Both the position numbers and the translations under genes were made by a program. A model generated the notes under the pieces. It was not told the DNA's origin. It was given only the letters and a program-made list of their open reading frames with translations, and searched no databases. This document shows, in pieces, positions 30,073 through 39,042 of a stretch of 64,000 nt of DNA. The number at the start of each line of letters is the position of its first letter. Positions within the stretch are counted from its first letter, which is position 1. The DNA is from Candidatus Auribacterota bacterium (GTDB lineage: Bacteria > Auribacterota > Tritonobacteria > UBA1439). Location of the stretch: positions 1,546 to 65,545 of the forward strand of contig JAPLCW010000185.1 of NCBI GenBank assembly GCA_026392015.1, read 5' to 3'.

Positions 30073-31051
30073 CAGGACCCTTATCCTTTATTCCGTTTCC
30101 CGGGGCGGGATAGTTGAAAAAGCTTTCGACAAGATACGGAGGGCGGCGCTTCACTTCTTCGTAGACATGGGCGAGATAGGAGCCGAAGATCGCGAGGCAG
30201 AGTAGTTGGACTCCCCCCAGGAACAGGATGAGGAGGATCAGGGTCGCGAAGCCGCGAGGGGCAAGCGAAGGGCAGAATATGCGCAGTACGATTTGAAGCA
30301 ATATGCCGCAGAGCGAAGCGCCCACGGTAATGAACGCCAGCCACACGATGAGGTCGAGCGGGACGTAGGAAAACGAGAAGATGGCCTGACGCGCCCACTG
30401 AATATTTTTCAGGAGAGAATTCGTTGTTCTCCCGAACATGCGCTCCGGCCGCGTATACGGAACGCCTGTTTGCGTGAATCCCACCCACGACCGGAGCCCG
30501 CGAATGAAGCGGTTTGACTCCGGCAGGCTGTTGAGCGCGTCCACCACGCGCCGGTCGAGCAGCGAAAAATCTCCCGCGTCCAGGGGCATCGGCACATAGG
30601 AGGCCGCGCGAAATACGCGGTAGAACGCCTTGTAGGCGATTTTCATGAAGCGCGCCGTATCGCGCTGGACCCTCACGCCGTACACCACATTGTAACCCTC
30701 CCGCCATTTTCCGAAGAATTGTTCGATCAGCTCGGGGGGGTCCTGGAGGTCGCCGTCGAGGAGGATGACCGCGTCGCCGCGGGCGATTCGCATCCCACTG
30801 GTGAAGGAGCTCTGGGAGCCGAAGTTTCGTGTGTGATGGATGGCGATTACTTTCTTGTCCCGGGTGCACAGTTCCGCGAGGATGTCTCGCGTGTTGTCGG
30901 GGCTGCAGTCGTTCACGAAGATGATCTCGTAGTCCACGCCGATCTTTTTGAAGACGGTCGTTAGACGCTGGTGCATGACAGGAATTGCAGGGGCATCACG
31001 GTAACAGGCGATTATCGCGCTTAGCTTTTTCTGCGCAGTGTGGGTGTTCAC
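30059..31051 (-). CDS. GT2 polyprenol-phosphate glycosyltransferase (GtrB/ArnC-like)
   Basis: FVNDCSPD, RNFGSQ, LLDGDLQDPPE, GDFSLLDR, RFIRGL; two C-terminal TMs; GTG start with SD. Confidence 0.9.
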   Translation of the reverse strand: MNTHTAQKKLSAIIACYRDAPAIPVMHQRLTTVFKKIGVDYEIIFVNDCSPDNTRDILAELCTRDKKVIAIHHTRNFGSQSSFTSGMRIARGDAVILLDGDLQDPPELIEQFFGKWREGYNVVYGVRVQRDTARFMKIAYKAFYRVFRAASYVPMPLDAGDFSLLDRRVVDALNSLPESNRFIRGLRSWVGFTQTGVPYTRPERMFGRTTNSLLKNIQWARQAIFSFSYVPLDLIVWLAFITVGASLCGILLQIVLRIFCPSLAPRGFATLILLILFLGGVQLLCLAIFGSYLAHVYEEVKRRPPYLVESFFNYPAPGNGIKDKGPDALP

Positions 31052-31088
31052 GTGCTCGCTTTCTCCTCTCTTCTGACGGCCTCGGCGC

Positions 31089-31853
31089 TCATGCCTTTGT
31101 CGCCACGACAATGATATCAAAAGCGAAAAGGGGTTTAAGGAAATATCCCAGGCAATACTCCACCGGGTACACGTATTTCAGATACCGCCGGTACAGGGGG
31201 GATTCCTGCAGCTCTTTCCTGTTGCGGGAGTTTCCGGGGCGGTCGAGCCGGTACCATCGCTTGATCAGGGGCAGGAAAGCCCGGATGAAGAACGGGTCGT
31301 AGTCGACGCCGACAATGGAACAGCCGGCGGCGCGAACGAGCTCCTTTGCCGTCTTGAATGTGAAGAACCGGATGTGTGTTCTGTCCATGACTCCCGTGTC
31401 GATGTAATTGAATCTGCCGAAGAGGAGCGAGAGTCTGTTTGTCCACACCGCCACGTTGGGCACCGCGACGATGACGCGGCCGCCCGGCTTCAGAAATGTC
31501 AGGTAGTGCTTCAGGATGGAAAGCGGGTCGTAGAGGTGCTCCAGAATGTGCGAGAAGATGATGTAGTCGAACGTCTGCCCCCCGATCTCATGGCCTACCT
31601 TCTCCAATTGCGTGATGTCGCAATGAATCATCCTCGACATCTTGGGGAAGGCCTCGCGCGCCGCAGCTTCGCTCCTCTCTATTCCCCAGACTGTGTATCC
31701 CTTGCTCTGAATAGCCTGGGCGACCGTGCCGAGGCCGCATGCCACGTCAAGGACCATCCCGGGCGATGATCCTGTATGGGGAGGAATCTGCTTGATGAGG
31801 CCGACGTACGCCTCCTCAAGATACGGATACTGTTCTTTGTTCAGATTGATCAT
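31089..31853 (-). CDS. Class I SAM-dependent methyltransferase
   Basis: VLDVACGLG, FSHILEHLYDP, LKPGG, VPN, GVMDRTHIRFFT. Confidence 0.9.
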   Translation of the reverse strand: MINLNKEQYPYLEEAYVGLIKQIPPHTGSSPGMVLDVACGLGTVAQAIQSKGYTVWGIERSEAAAREAFPKMSRMIHCDITQLEKVGHEIGGQTFDYIIFSHILEHLYDPLSILKHYLTFLKPGGRVIVAVPNVAVWTNRLSLLFGRFNYIDTGVMDRTHIRFFTFKTAKELVRAAGCSIVGVDYDPFFIRAFLPLIKRWYRLDRPGNSRNRKELQESPLYRRYLKYVYPVEYCLGYFLKPLFAFDIIVVATKA

Positions 31854-31951
31854 ATCGTGTGCGCCCGTGCAGCACATTATAGTGAGTTCCGCCCCCGCAA
31901 TAAAGTTGAAAACATGGAAATATTTGGGATTTGGGAAAAGATCAGGAAAAG

Positions 31952-33049
31952 ATCAGGGTCACACCCTAAATAATAAGTAATACAGATTGAAAAAAGGATT
32001 GATGTGTACTAAAGTTACAGAATGGTAAGACCATTCAGGATAGAGTATCCCAACGCCTGGTATCATGTAACCTGCCGGGGAATTGAACGATCAAGTATTT
32101 TTCGGGATGATAATGACCAAAAGAGATTCCTTGAAGCTTTGGGGAAAAGCACAGAGGTATTCAGAGTGGAAGTGCATAGCTATGTGCTGATGAGCAATCA
32201 CTTCCATTTTTTATTGAAGACACCAGAGGCGAATCTAAGCCGTTTCATGCAGCGCTTTAATACGGCATACACCACCTATTTCAATCTCCGCCATAAGAGG
32301 GCAGGACATTTATACCAGGGAAGATATAAAGCGCTTCTTGTGGAAGCGGATGCGTATTTACTGGAGCTGAGCCGATATATTCATCTTAATCCTGTCCGGA
32401 TAAAGAAATACTGTGAGCTTCCGACAGCAGAGCAATGGGATATGCTCAAGAAGTATCGCTGGAGTAGCTTGTGCGCCTACATCAGGGGTAACGGCAGAGA
32501 TGAATTTATGCATTATGGCATGGTGTTAGATTATATGGGTGGAGATGACAGAAAGGGGAGGGAGAGATATCAGGATTTTGTCGTAAAGGGATTGTCTGGC
32601 AAATTGGAAAGCCCCCTGAAAGCGGCAAGAGAGAACGCGATCCTGGGATCGGATAGTTTTGTTGTATGGGTGAAGGAGCTATTCCTTTCTGGGGAGGGAT
32701 TTAGGCCTCAAGCCTACTCTCACTTGAAGACAATCAGGGAGCCGGTGGAAATCAGGAAGATAGCGGAAGCGGTGGCCAGAGAATATGGGATTGAAGCGGA
32801 GGAGATTATCAAGAAGAGGTCGAAGTTCAGGGAAGCTCGACAAGTGTTGCTGGAAATCAGTTACCGTCTTAATTTGAGGAAGAAAAGCATGCGTCAGATG
32901 GGTGCTGAGTTGGGTGGAATCAGTGGGGAACAAATTAGTCAAGCACACAATGCTATTCAGGCGAAGCTTCAGCGAGATAGCAGATTGCAAAGAAGAATAG
33001 AGACACTATTTAGTCAGCTTCAACTTATTATTTAGGGTGTGACCCTGAT
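31952..33049. mobile_element. RAYT element bounded by perfect 27-bp terminal inverted repeats
   Basis: atcagggtcacaccctaaataataagt (31952-31978) and its exact reverse complement (33023-33049); visibly lower GC than neighbours. Confidence 0.85.
32022..33035 (+). CDS. REP-associated tyrosine transposase (Y1 HUH) with C-terminal DnaA_C-like HTH
   Basis: WYHVTCRG, YVLMSNHFHFL (HUH), GHLYQGRYKA, RYIHLNP, YRWSS; tail IAEAVAREYGI..EEI..REARQV. Confidence 0.9.
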   Translation: MVRPFRIEYPNAWYHVTCRGIERSSIFRDDNDQKRFLEALGKSTEVFRVEVHSYVLMSNHFHFLLKTPEANLSRFMQRFNTAYTTYFNLRHKRAGHLYQGRYKALLVEADAYLLELSRYIHLNPVRIKKYCELPTAEQWDMLKKYRWSSLCAYIRGNGRDEFMHYGMVLDYMGGDDRKGRERYQDFVVKGLSGKLESPLKAARENAILGSDSFVVWVKELFLSGEGFRPQAYSHLKTIREPVEIRKIAEAVAREYGIEAEEIIKKRSKFREARQVLLEISYRLNLRKKSMRQMGAELGGISGEQISQAHNAIQAKLQRDSRLQRRIETLFSQLQLII

Positions 33050-33087
33050 GATTCCTATCTCCAACTGTCGCATTGAGGGTAAACCTT

Positions 33088-35628
33088 ATGGCCTGCGCAC
33101 ATGACCGGTCCGCTCCGGATAGCCGTTCCGCGGCCGCGCCGCGTCTGAGCGACTGGCATTGCATCGCGATCCTCCTTGCCCTCACGGCTCTCCTCTTCAG
33201 GAAGGCGCTCTTCAGCAGCCAGGTGATACTCAGCCATCCCGTCTTCCTCGACCTCACCCACAGCCTCTACTCGTGGAGGAAGTTCGGCTTCTCCCTTCTG
33301 CGGCAGGGTGTGATTCCGCTCTGGAACCCATACTCGTTCTGCGGCACTCCGTTCGTGGCGAACTGGCACTCGGCGGTCTTCTATCCCCCGAACCTCGTCT
33401 TTCTCTTTTTGCCCGCGCACGAGGGGATCAACTGGTCGATTGCGTTTCACTTCTTCCTCGCGGCGGCGCTCACCTACGCGTTCATGCGTTACCTTGTGAA
33501 CGACCGCATCAGCGCCCTGCTCTCGGGTCTGACATTCGTTTTCTCCGGCCCCTACATCGTGCAGCTCTTCCCGGGCCACGTCTTTAACCCGTTGCCGTGG
33601 CTCCCGCTCTCGTTCCTCATCGCGGAGATTGCGATCCGGAAGGGCAGAATTGTCTACTATGTCCTTTGCGGGACCGTGCTCGCGATCCAGATCCTTGCGG
33701 GCCATCCCCAGTACGCATTCTACTGCCTCGGGGGACTCGTTCTCTATATCCTGTATCGCGCATCCTGCGCCTGTCGTGATGGGAAGAGCCTGAAGCCGCT
33801 CGGCATCGCGTGCATCGGCCTCGCGATTCTCCTCGCCGTGGGATTCTCCCTTTCTGCGGTGCAACTTTTCCCGAGCCTCGAGTTCGCCGGGCAATCGAGC
33901 CGCGCGCTCCTGAAGGGGCCTGAGTCTGTCCGTGAAATTTCATTTCCCCCCGAGAATCTCGCCACCCTCCTCGCACCGGGTTTCTGGGGCGATATGCACG
34001 GGGTCCGGTACTGGGGGAGATGGTTGCTTTGGGAGACCTGCATCTATATCGGCATCCTGCCGCTACTGCTCGCTATCGCGGCCGCCTTGCTGATGAGAAA
34101 CCGATATACATATTTCTTCCTGGGCCTGGCCGCCCTTTCGCTCGTGCTCTCGTTCGGAGCGTACTCGCCACTCTTTAATTTCCTCTATTATCATATCCCC
34201 GGGTTCAACCTCTTCAGGGGGCAGGCAAAGTTCATTTTCCTGACGACATTCTCGCTCGCGGTCCTCGCGGGATACGGTTGTTCCCTCATCACTCACGCGA
34301 CCGATCGAAAAAAAGGACTCATCTATCTGGGCGTTGGAACGGTCGTTCTGTCGGGCGCCGTATTTTTGATCTGCGCGCTGCTTTCCACGGGCGGGGGAGA
34401 GCAGTCGCCGCTGTGGAATCGGATTGTGCAGTACAGGGAACTTCTCGGTTTTGAGGGAACGCCTCCGCTCAGCCGGGGCGAAGGCATGATATTTTCCAGC
34501 GCGTACCATGTGGCGTTCAAAGGGCTTCTCATCGCCGGGCTGTGGCTCGCGGTATCCGGCATTGTCCTCTGTGCCGTGGCAGGAGGATGGCTCCCCTGCG
34601 GGATCGCGGCAATACTGATTGTTGCTATTTCGCTGACCGACCTGTGGTCGTTTGGCGCAAAGTACATCATGGTGAGCCCCCTCGCGGCGTGTCACTGGCC
34701 CCGGCAGATCACGGAAGCGCTGAAAGCCGACGGCTCTCTCTATCGCGTATGTTCGCCCAATATCGCGGTGCCCGGGACAAACCAGAATATAAACGAGGGC
34801 ATCTATGCTATAGACGGGTATGAGACAAACAACGTGGGCGTGTACAAAGAGTACGTCGACTATTCGCAGGGAGTATCGCCCGCGCAGCAGTTGACATTTT
34901 CCATCAACAAGATCACCCCGCTGCTGGAGGCGCTGAACCTCAAATACGTTCTTCTGCCCTCGGCGGAATCTTTTGTGAAGTCCGGCTACAACATGTTTTC
35001 CCGGGACAACCAGGTATCCATTTATGAGCGGGTGAATCCCTCGCCGCGCGCCTACATCGTCCATGGCGCTCTCGTCATCCCGGACGGCGGAGACGCCCTC
35101 TCAGAGCTGGCGAAAAGCGGACACGACCCCATGCGCGCGGTGGTCCTGGACCGGGATCCCGGGGTCCTCATCCCCGCCGGCGGACCCCAGGCCGGGGAGG
35201 ATGTCGAGATTACGAGCTATAGCCCGAATAGCGTTGTCGCGCGCGCGCGGCTTGCCATGCCGGGGTTTCTCGTTCTCAAGGATGTCTTCTATCCCGGCTG
35301 GAAGGCTTATGTTGACGGGCGGGAGCAGCCGGTTCGCCGCGCCGACTACGCATTCAGGGCGGTCTATTGCGAGGGCGGAAGGCACACGGTGCAGTTCAGT
35401 TACGACCCCCGCTCTTTCGCCGTCGGGGCGAGGGTGAGTGTGGTGAGCGCGGTCCTCGTGGCGTTATGGCTGCTATTCCCGGCGATATTGTTCGGAGGAT
35501 ATCGTAAACACCCCCCTCCTGACCTCCCCCCCTCAGAGGGGGGAGGGAATAATAATGGATCGGGCTTTGCAACTTCCCTCTCCAGAGGGGAGAGAGTAGC
35601 GGCGGGTCTCGGGGGGAAGATTAGTTAG
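33088..35628 (+). CDS. YfhO family membrane protein (GT-C), paralogue of 22594 gene
   Basis: PLWNPYSFCGTPF, LAGHPQ, DVFYPGWKAYVDG..RADYAFRAV; C-terminus reads through a palindromic repeat. Confidence 0.85.
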   Translation: MACAHDRSAPDSRSAAAPRLSDWHCIAILLALTALLFRKALFSSQVILSHPVFLDLTHSLYSWRKFGFSLLRQGVIPLWNPYSFCGTPFVANWHSAVFYPPNLVFLFLPAHEGINWSIAFHFFLAAALTYAFMRYLVNDRISALLSGLTFVFSGPYIVQLFPGHVFNPLPWLPLSFLIAEIAIRKGRIVYYVLCGTVLAIQILAGHPQYAFYCLGGLVLYILYRASCACRDGKSLKPLGIACIGLAILLAVGFSLSAVQLFPSLEFAGQSSRALLKGPESVREISFPPENLATLLAPGFWGDMHGVRYWGRWLLWETCIYIGILPLLLAIAAALLMRNRYTYFFLGLAALSLVLSFGAYSPLFNFLYYHIPGFNLFRGQAKFIFLTTFSLAVLAGYGCSLITHATDRKKGLIYLGVGTVVLSGAVFLICALLSTGGGEQSPLWNRIVQYRELLGFEGTPPLSRGEGMIFSSAYHVAFKGLLIAGLWLAVSGIVLCAVAGGWLPCGIAAILIVAISLTDLWSFGAKYIMVSPLAACHWPRQITEALKADGSLYRVCSPNIAVPGTNQNINEGIYAIDGYETNNVGVYKEYVDYSQGVSPAQQLTFSINKITPLLEALNLKYVLLPSAESFVKSGYNMFSRDNQVSIYERVNPSPRAYIVHGALVIPDGGDALSELAKSGHDPMRAVVLDRDPGVLIPAGGPQAGEDVEITSYSPNSVVARARLAMPGFLVLKDVFYPGWKAYVDGREQPVRRADYAFRAVYCEGGRHTVQFSYDPRSFAVGARVSVVSAVLVALWLLFPAILFGGYRKHPPPDLPPSEGGGNNNGSGFATSLSRGERVAAGLGGKIS

Positions 35629-35655
35629 CGCAGCCCGGACAAAAAGGGAAAGGAC

Positions 35656-35760
35656 CGTTGATTTGCAGGGGTTCGACGAACTTGTCCTGAGCATTTCGGC
35701 TGCGCTCAGTATAAACTCAGCCGAAGGATCGAACCCGGGCGTGATAAATTCCGCCCCTAC
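35656..35760. repeat. GTAG-type REP pair with nested mini-palindromes
   Basis: tgcaggggttcgac...gatcgaacccgggcgtgataaattccgcccctac; inverted copy at 54140-54225. Confidence 0.75.
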
Positions 35761-35870
35761 AACATAGAAAAACCATACCCTTAGTCGAATTGACCCAGTG
35801 GCAAAATTATAACTGGTCATTCGCAGGTGGGAAATATTGCATAGCACGTTGTCGCATAGCGCGGACATAG

Positions 35871-36053
35871 GCCGCAACCGAATCTATCTGTGTGTATCGG
35901 TGTTCTATCTGTGTCTATCTGTGATGCACATTGAAGATTTAACGAGCACCACAGATACACATAGATAACTGCGGATGAACACAGATAAAGCCATATACTG
36001 GGAAAGAGTTACGGATTCAGATGTAATAATCTCTGCCAAAGAACAAACATTTT
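35871..36053 (+). repeat. 183-bp direct repeat, copy 1
   Basis: About 6 mismatches versus 36258-36440 by manual comparison. Confidence 0.9.
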
Positions 36054-36061
36054 GATGTTTG

Positions 36062-36241
36062 CAGTACACTGTTAAATTAGTTTTTACTGATATAAATGCC
36101 GTACGCATTATGTCATTGCGAGGATCCCGCCGAGGCGGGAGACGAAGCAATCTATTTTTATCTTTTAACAACGAGATTGCCGCGCCCTTTGGGCTCGCAA
36201 TGACAGGTTACCTCGTAAGAATTAACTTAACAGTGTAGTAG
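36062..36241. mobile_element. MITE, inverted copy of 28870-29051
   Basis: agtacactgttaa...ttaacagtgtag with gtcattgcgag...ctcgcaatgac core. Confidence 0.85.
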
Positions 36242-36257
36242 TATAGTGTGACAATTA

Positions 36258-36440
36258 GCCGCAACCGAATCTATCTGTGTGCATCAGTGTTAAATCTGTG
36301 TGTATCTGTGATGCACATTGAAGATTTAACGAGCACCACAGATACACATAGATAACTGCGGATGAACACAGATAAAGCCATATACTGGGAAAGAGTTACG
36401 GATTCAGATGTAATAATCTCTGCCCAAGAACAAACATTTT
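36258..36440 (+). repeat. 183-bp direct repeat, copy 2
   Basis: Matches 35871-36053. Confidence 0.9.
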
Positions 36441-36568
36441 TACGCGAATAGTGCAGAGAACGGCGAGAAGATTCTATTCGGCCTCTGCAGCAGTATCTCT
36501 TTCCGGGGCATTGAGGAGGTCTGCTTGGTGAATACACACTTCAGGAAAGACGGTGCGGAGCGCGGATC

Positions 36569-38221
36569 ATGGAGAAAAAACGTATGACTGATCATCCGAG
36601 GACACCGCATCGTGCATTTCTCCTGCTCATGGGGCTTTCGCTCCTCATCATGGCCCCGATGGTGATATATCCCTGCGGCCGGGACCAGGGAATGTTCGGG
36701 TATACGGGGCGCATGGTGCTCCATGGAGCGGTGCCGTTCAGGGATTTTTGGGATCCGAAACCCCCCGCGATTTATTACACCTATGCTCTGGGAGAGTTGC
36801 TCTTTGGCTACTCGATGATCGCGGTGCGAGTGCTGGATATCCTCTGGCAGTTGGCTGTCGCGGCGGTACTTTTCCATATTACCCGGAGGCTCTCAAAAAA
36901 TAACCTCCAGGCGGTGGTTGCAGGGCTCCTCTATGTGGTCTCGTACGCAAGCAGGGGATGGTGGAACACCGCGCAGCCCGACGATTTTCTCAATCTTCCC
37001 GCTGCCCTCGGCATTCTATTTTTTATGATGGCGCTGGAGCGTCAACGGATCGCATGGTTATCGGTTATGATCGGCATGCTCGCGGGAGCGGCGTTCTACT
37101 TCAGGTATCCCATGGGCGCGCTACTCGCTGTTTTTATGTGCGTCATCCTGGTCGTGCAGGGAATGAACAGGAGGACGGTGGGTGCGATTGTCGCCATGGG
37201 GGGGGGATTTGTCCTCCTTGCCGGAGGCTACGCCCTCTATCTCTATCTGGCCGGAGCGTGGGGAAAGTTTTTCTACACGGAGTTTATCTGGACCAGGGGA
37301 TACACTGGCTTGGGAGGGACGCCGCGCACTTTTGCGGGCGTAGTGCATCTCGTGGATATTCTCCATTCGCACTTCAGTGTCGTGGGTCTCATTTTCCTCG
37401 CTCTTCCGACCTATCTCTGGGCGATAAAAAGGGATGCACGCGACATTCGCGTGCAACTGATTGCCCTCTGGGTTCTCGTGGCGCTGGTGAATCTATACCT
37501 GGAGAACAAATTTTATATATACCATTTCGCGCCGCTCCTGGCGCCGCTCGCGATAGGCGCGTCGGGTGTGGTGTCCGTCCCTTTTGAAACCAGAAGGCGC
37601 CTCGGACTGAGAACCTCCTGCGGGCTGTTCGTGCTGTGTGTGGTCCTGGCATCTCTGGCGGTTGTGAATACGCGCTACGGCATCTACTGCCTCCAGACCT
37701 ACCGGGACAGCGTGGATGCGCTCGCCGGGAAGCTGCTCGGAGGCAAGGGGCTGGATGATTATTACATGAACGTGAGATTCACCTCTGATGATTTTTCGCT
37801 CCCCGCCGACCGGGTGGTGGCGAGGTATCTGGATGAACACACGCGCCCTGACGAGACGGTCTTCATATGGGGCTGCGAGACACTCGTCTACTACCTCGCC
37901 CAGAGGCGCGCCGTATCGCCCTTTATCCATAATTTCCCCTTCCGCTGTCCATGGACCCCCGACCGCTTCGGAGTGGAGCTGCTCTCGGCTCTCTCACGCG
38001 AAAAGCCCGACTATTTCCTGGTCGTTCGCAATGACCCCACGTGGTGGGCGACCGGGACGCATGAAGACTCACTGGGGGCGCTGAGAAGATATCCGCAGAT
38101 AGAGATGTTCTTGGTGGAGAACTATTCATTCGAAACGTCGATTGAGGATTTTCTCATTTACAAAAGAACAGGCGCTCCGCGGGAGGGGCGTGCGGCGGGC
38201 TTCCCCACTTCCCGACGCTAA
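36569..38221 (+). CDS. ArnT-like GT-C glycosyltransferase
   Basis: GRDQGMFGY..G...PFRDFWDPKPPAIYY motif; C-terminal TRPDETVFIWG domain. Confidence 0.85.
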   Translation: MEKKRMTDHPRTPHRAFLLLMGLSLLIMAPMVIYPCGRDQGMFGYTGRMVLHGAVPFRDFWDPKPPAIYYTYALGELLFGYSMIAVRVLDILWQLAVAAVLFHITRRLSKNNLQAVVAGLLYVVSYASRGWWNTAQPDDFLNLPAALGILFFMMALERQRIAWLSVMIGMLAGAAFYFRYPMGALLAVFMCVILVVQGMNRRTVGAIVAMGGGFVLLAGGYALYLYLAGAWGKFFYTEFIWTRGYTGLGGTPRTFAGVVHLVDILHSHFSVVGLIFLALPTYLWAIKRDARDIRVQLIALWVLVALVNLYLENKFYIYHFAPLLAPLAIGASGVVSVPFETRRRLGLRTSCGLFVLCVVLASLAVVNTRYGIYCLQTYRDSVDALAGKLLGGKGLDDYYMNVRFTSDDFSLPADRVVARYLDEHTRPDETVFIWGCETLVYYLAQRRAVSPFIHNFPFRCPWTPDRFGVELLSALSREKPDYFLVVRNDPTWWATGTHEDSLGALRRYPQIEMFLVENYSFETSIEDFLIYKRTGAPREGRAAGFPTSRR

Positions 38222-38274
38222 TCCCGGGACCACGAACGAACACGGATTGACACGGTGTAATGGTTAGAAGAATG

Positions 38275-38371
38275 GGCTCTCTTTCAATTTGTGTGGGTAA
38301 ATATTCTTTTCCCTCCCCCTTTGAGGGGGGAGGGAATGGCTAAAGTAACCCACACAAAACGGAAGAGAGCC
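38275..38371. mobile_element. 97-bp MITE, GGCTCT...AGAGCC ends, near-perfect 8-bp TSD
   Basis: Flanks gaagaatg / aaagaatg (7/8); central ttccctccccc..gggggagggaa hairpin; homologue at 41037-41138. Confidence 0.75.
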
Positions 38372-38685
38372 AAAGAATGTAACCGCGGATTACGCGGATT
38401 GGAAAAGATGAAGGGATAGTAACCACTGATGAACAGGGATGGGCACGGCAGCTTAAAGTTGAGCAAGGAGTTTTGGGGCTTTTAATAGCAGGTCTTCTGG
38501 AGTTGTTTGAATCCGCATAATCAGCAAAATCCGCGGTTAAAAAGTGATTAAAGAGTTCTAACCGCGGATTACGCGGATTGCGCGGATTGAAAAAGATGAA
38601 GGGATAGTAAACATCGATGAACAGGGATGGGCACGGTTAAGAGGTTTCTCAGTGTTAATCCGTGTTTATCTGTTGTTGTAGTGAA

Positions 38686-38943
38686 ATTTAATCAGGCTTC
38701 GCAATTGTGGGAGGGGGGGAAAAGCAATTTAGCTATCGAGCTATCAAGCTATCAAAATAAGAGCATACTGTGGGAGGGGCGTCCTCGCCCCGATCGTCAT
38801 TGTTGGAGGGCTTTCTGGGCTCGATCGCGGCTGAAAGCCGCTCCCCAATTTATTTAAATTCCCAGGTATTTAACGCGTGTATCTGCGTGCTCTGCGTTCA
38901 TCTGCGTCCTGAACAGCAGTTAATGTTTGGACGTGGATAGCGC
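38686..38943. repeat. ~255-bp composite repeat, inverted copy at 45471-45720
   Basis: Contains gctatcga/gctatcaa octamers, a GTGG REP doublet and an ATCTGCGT arm; nearly identical to the reverse complement of 45471-45720. Confidence 0.9.
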
Positions 38944-39042
38944 TGATTGGGCGGATTAGAAAAGGCTGAATCACTGAGGACTCTGAGATATTGTTTCAGA
39001 ATCTTCAGTGTTCTCAGATGAATAGATCGGGCTAGCATACTA

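Noticed and set aside
35725-35742. tRNA T-loop-like GGTTCGATCC on the minus strand
   Set aside because: Part of a REP hairpin; no cloverleaf.
35871-36440. CRISPR array or the two short minus-strand ORFs sharing AEIITSESVTLSQ
   Set aside because: Only two 183-bp copies, no regular repeat-spacer period, no cas genes; the ORFs are translations of repeat DNA.
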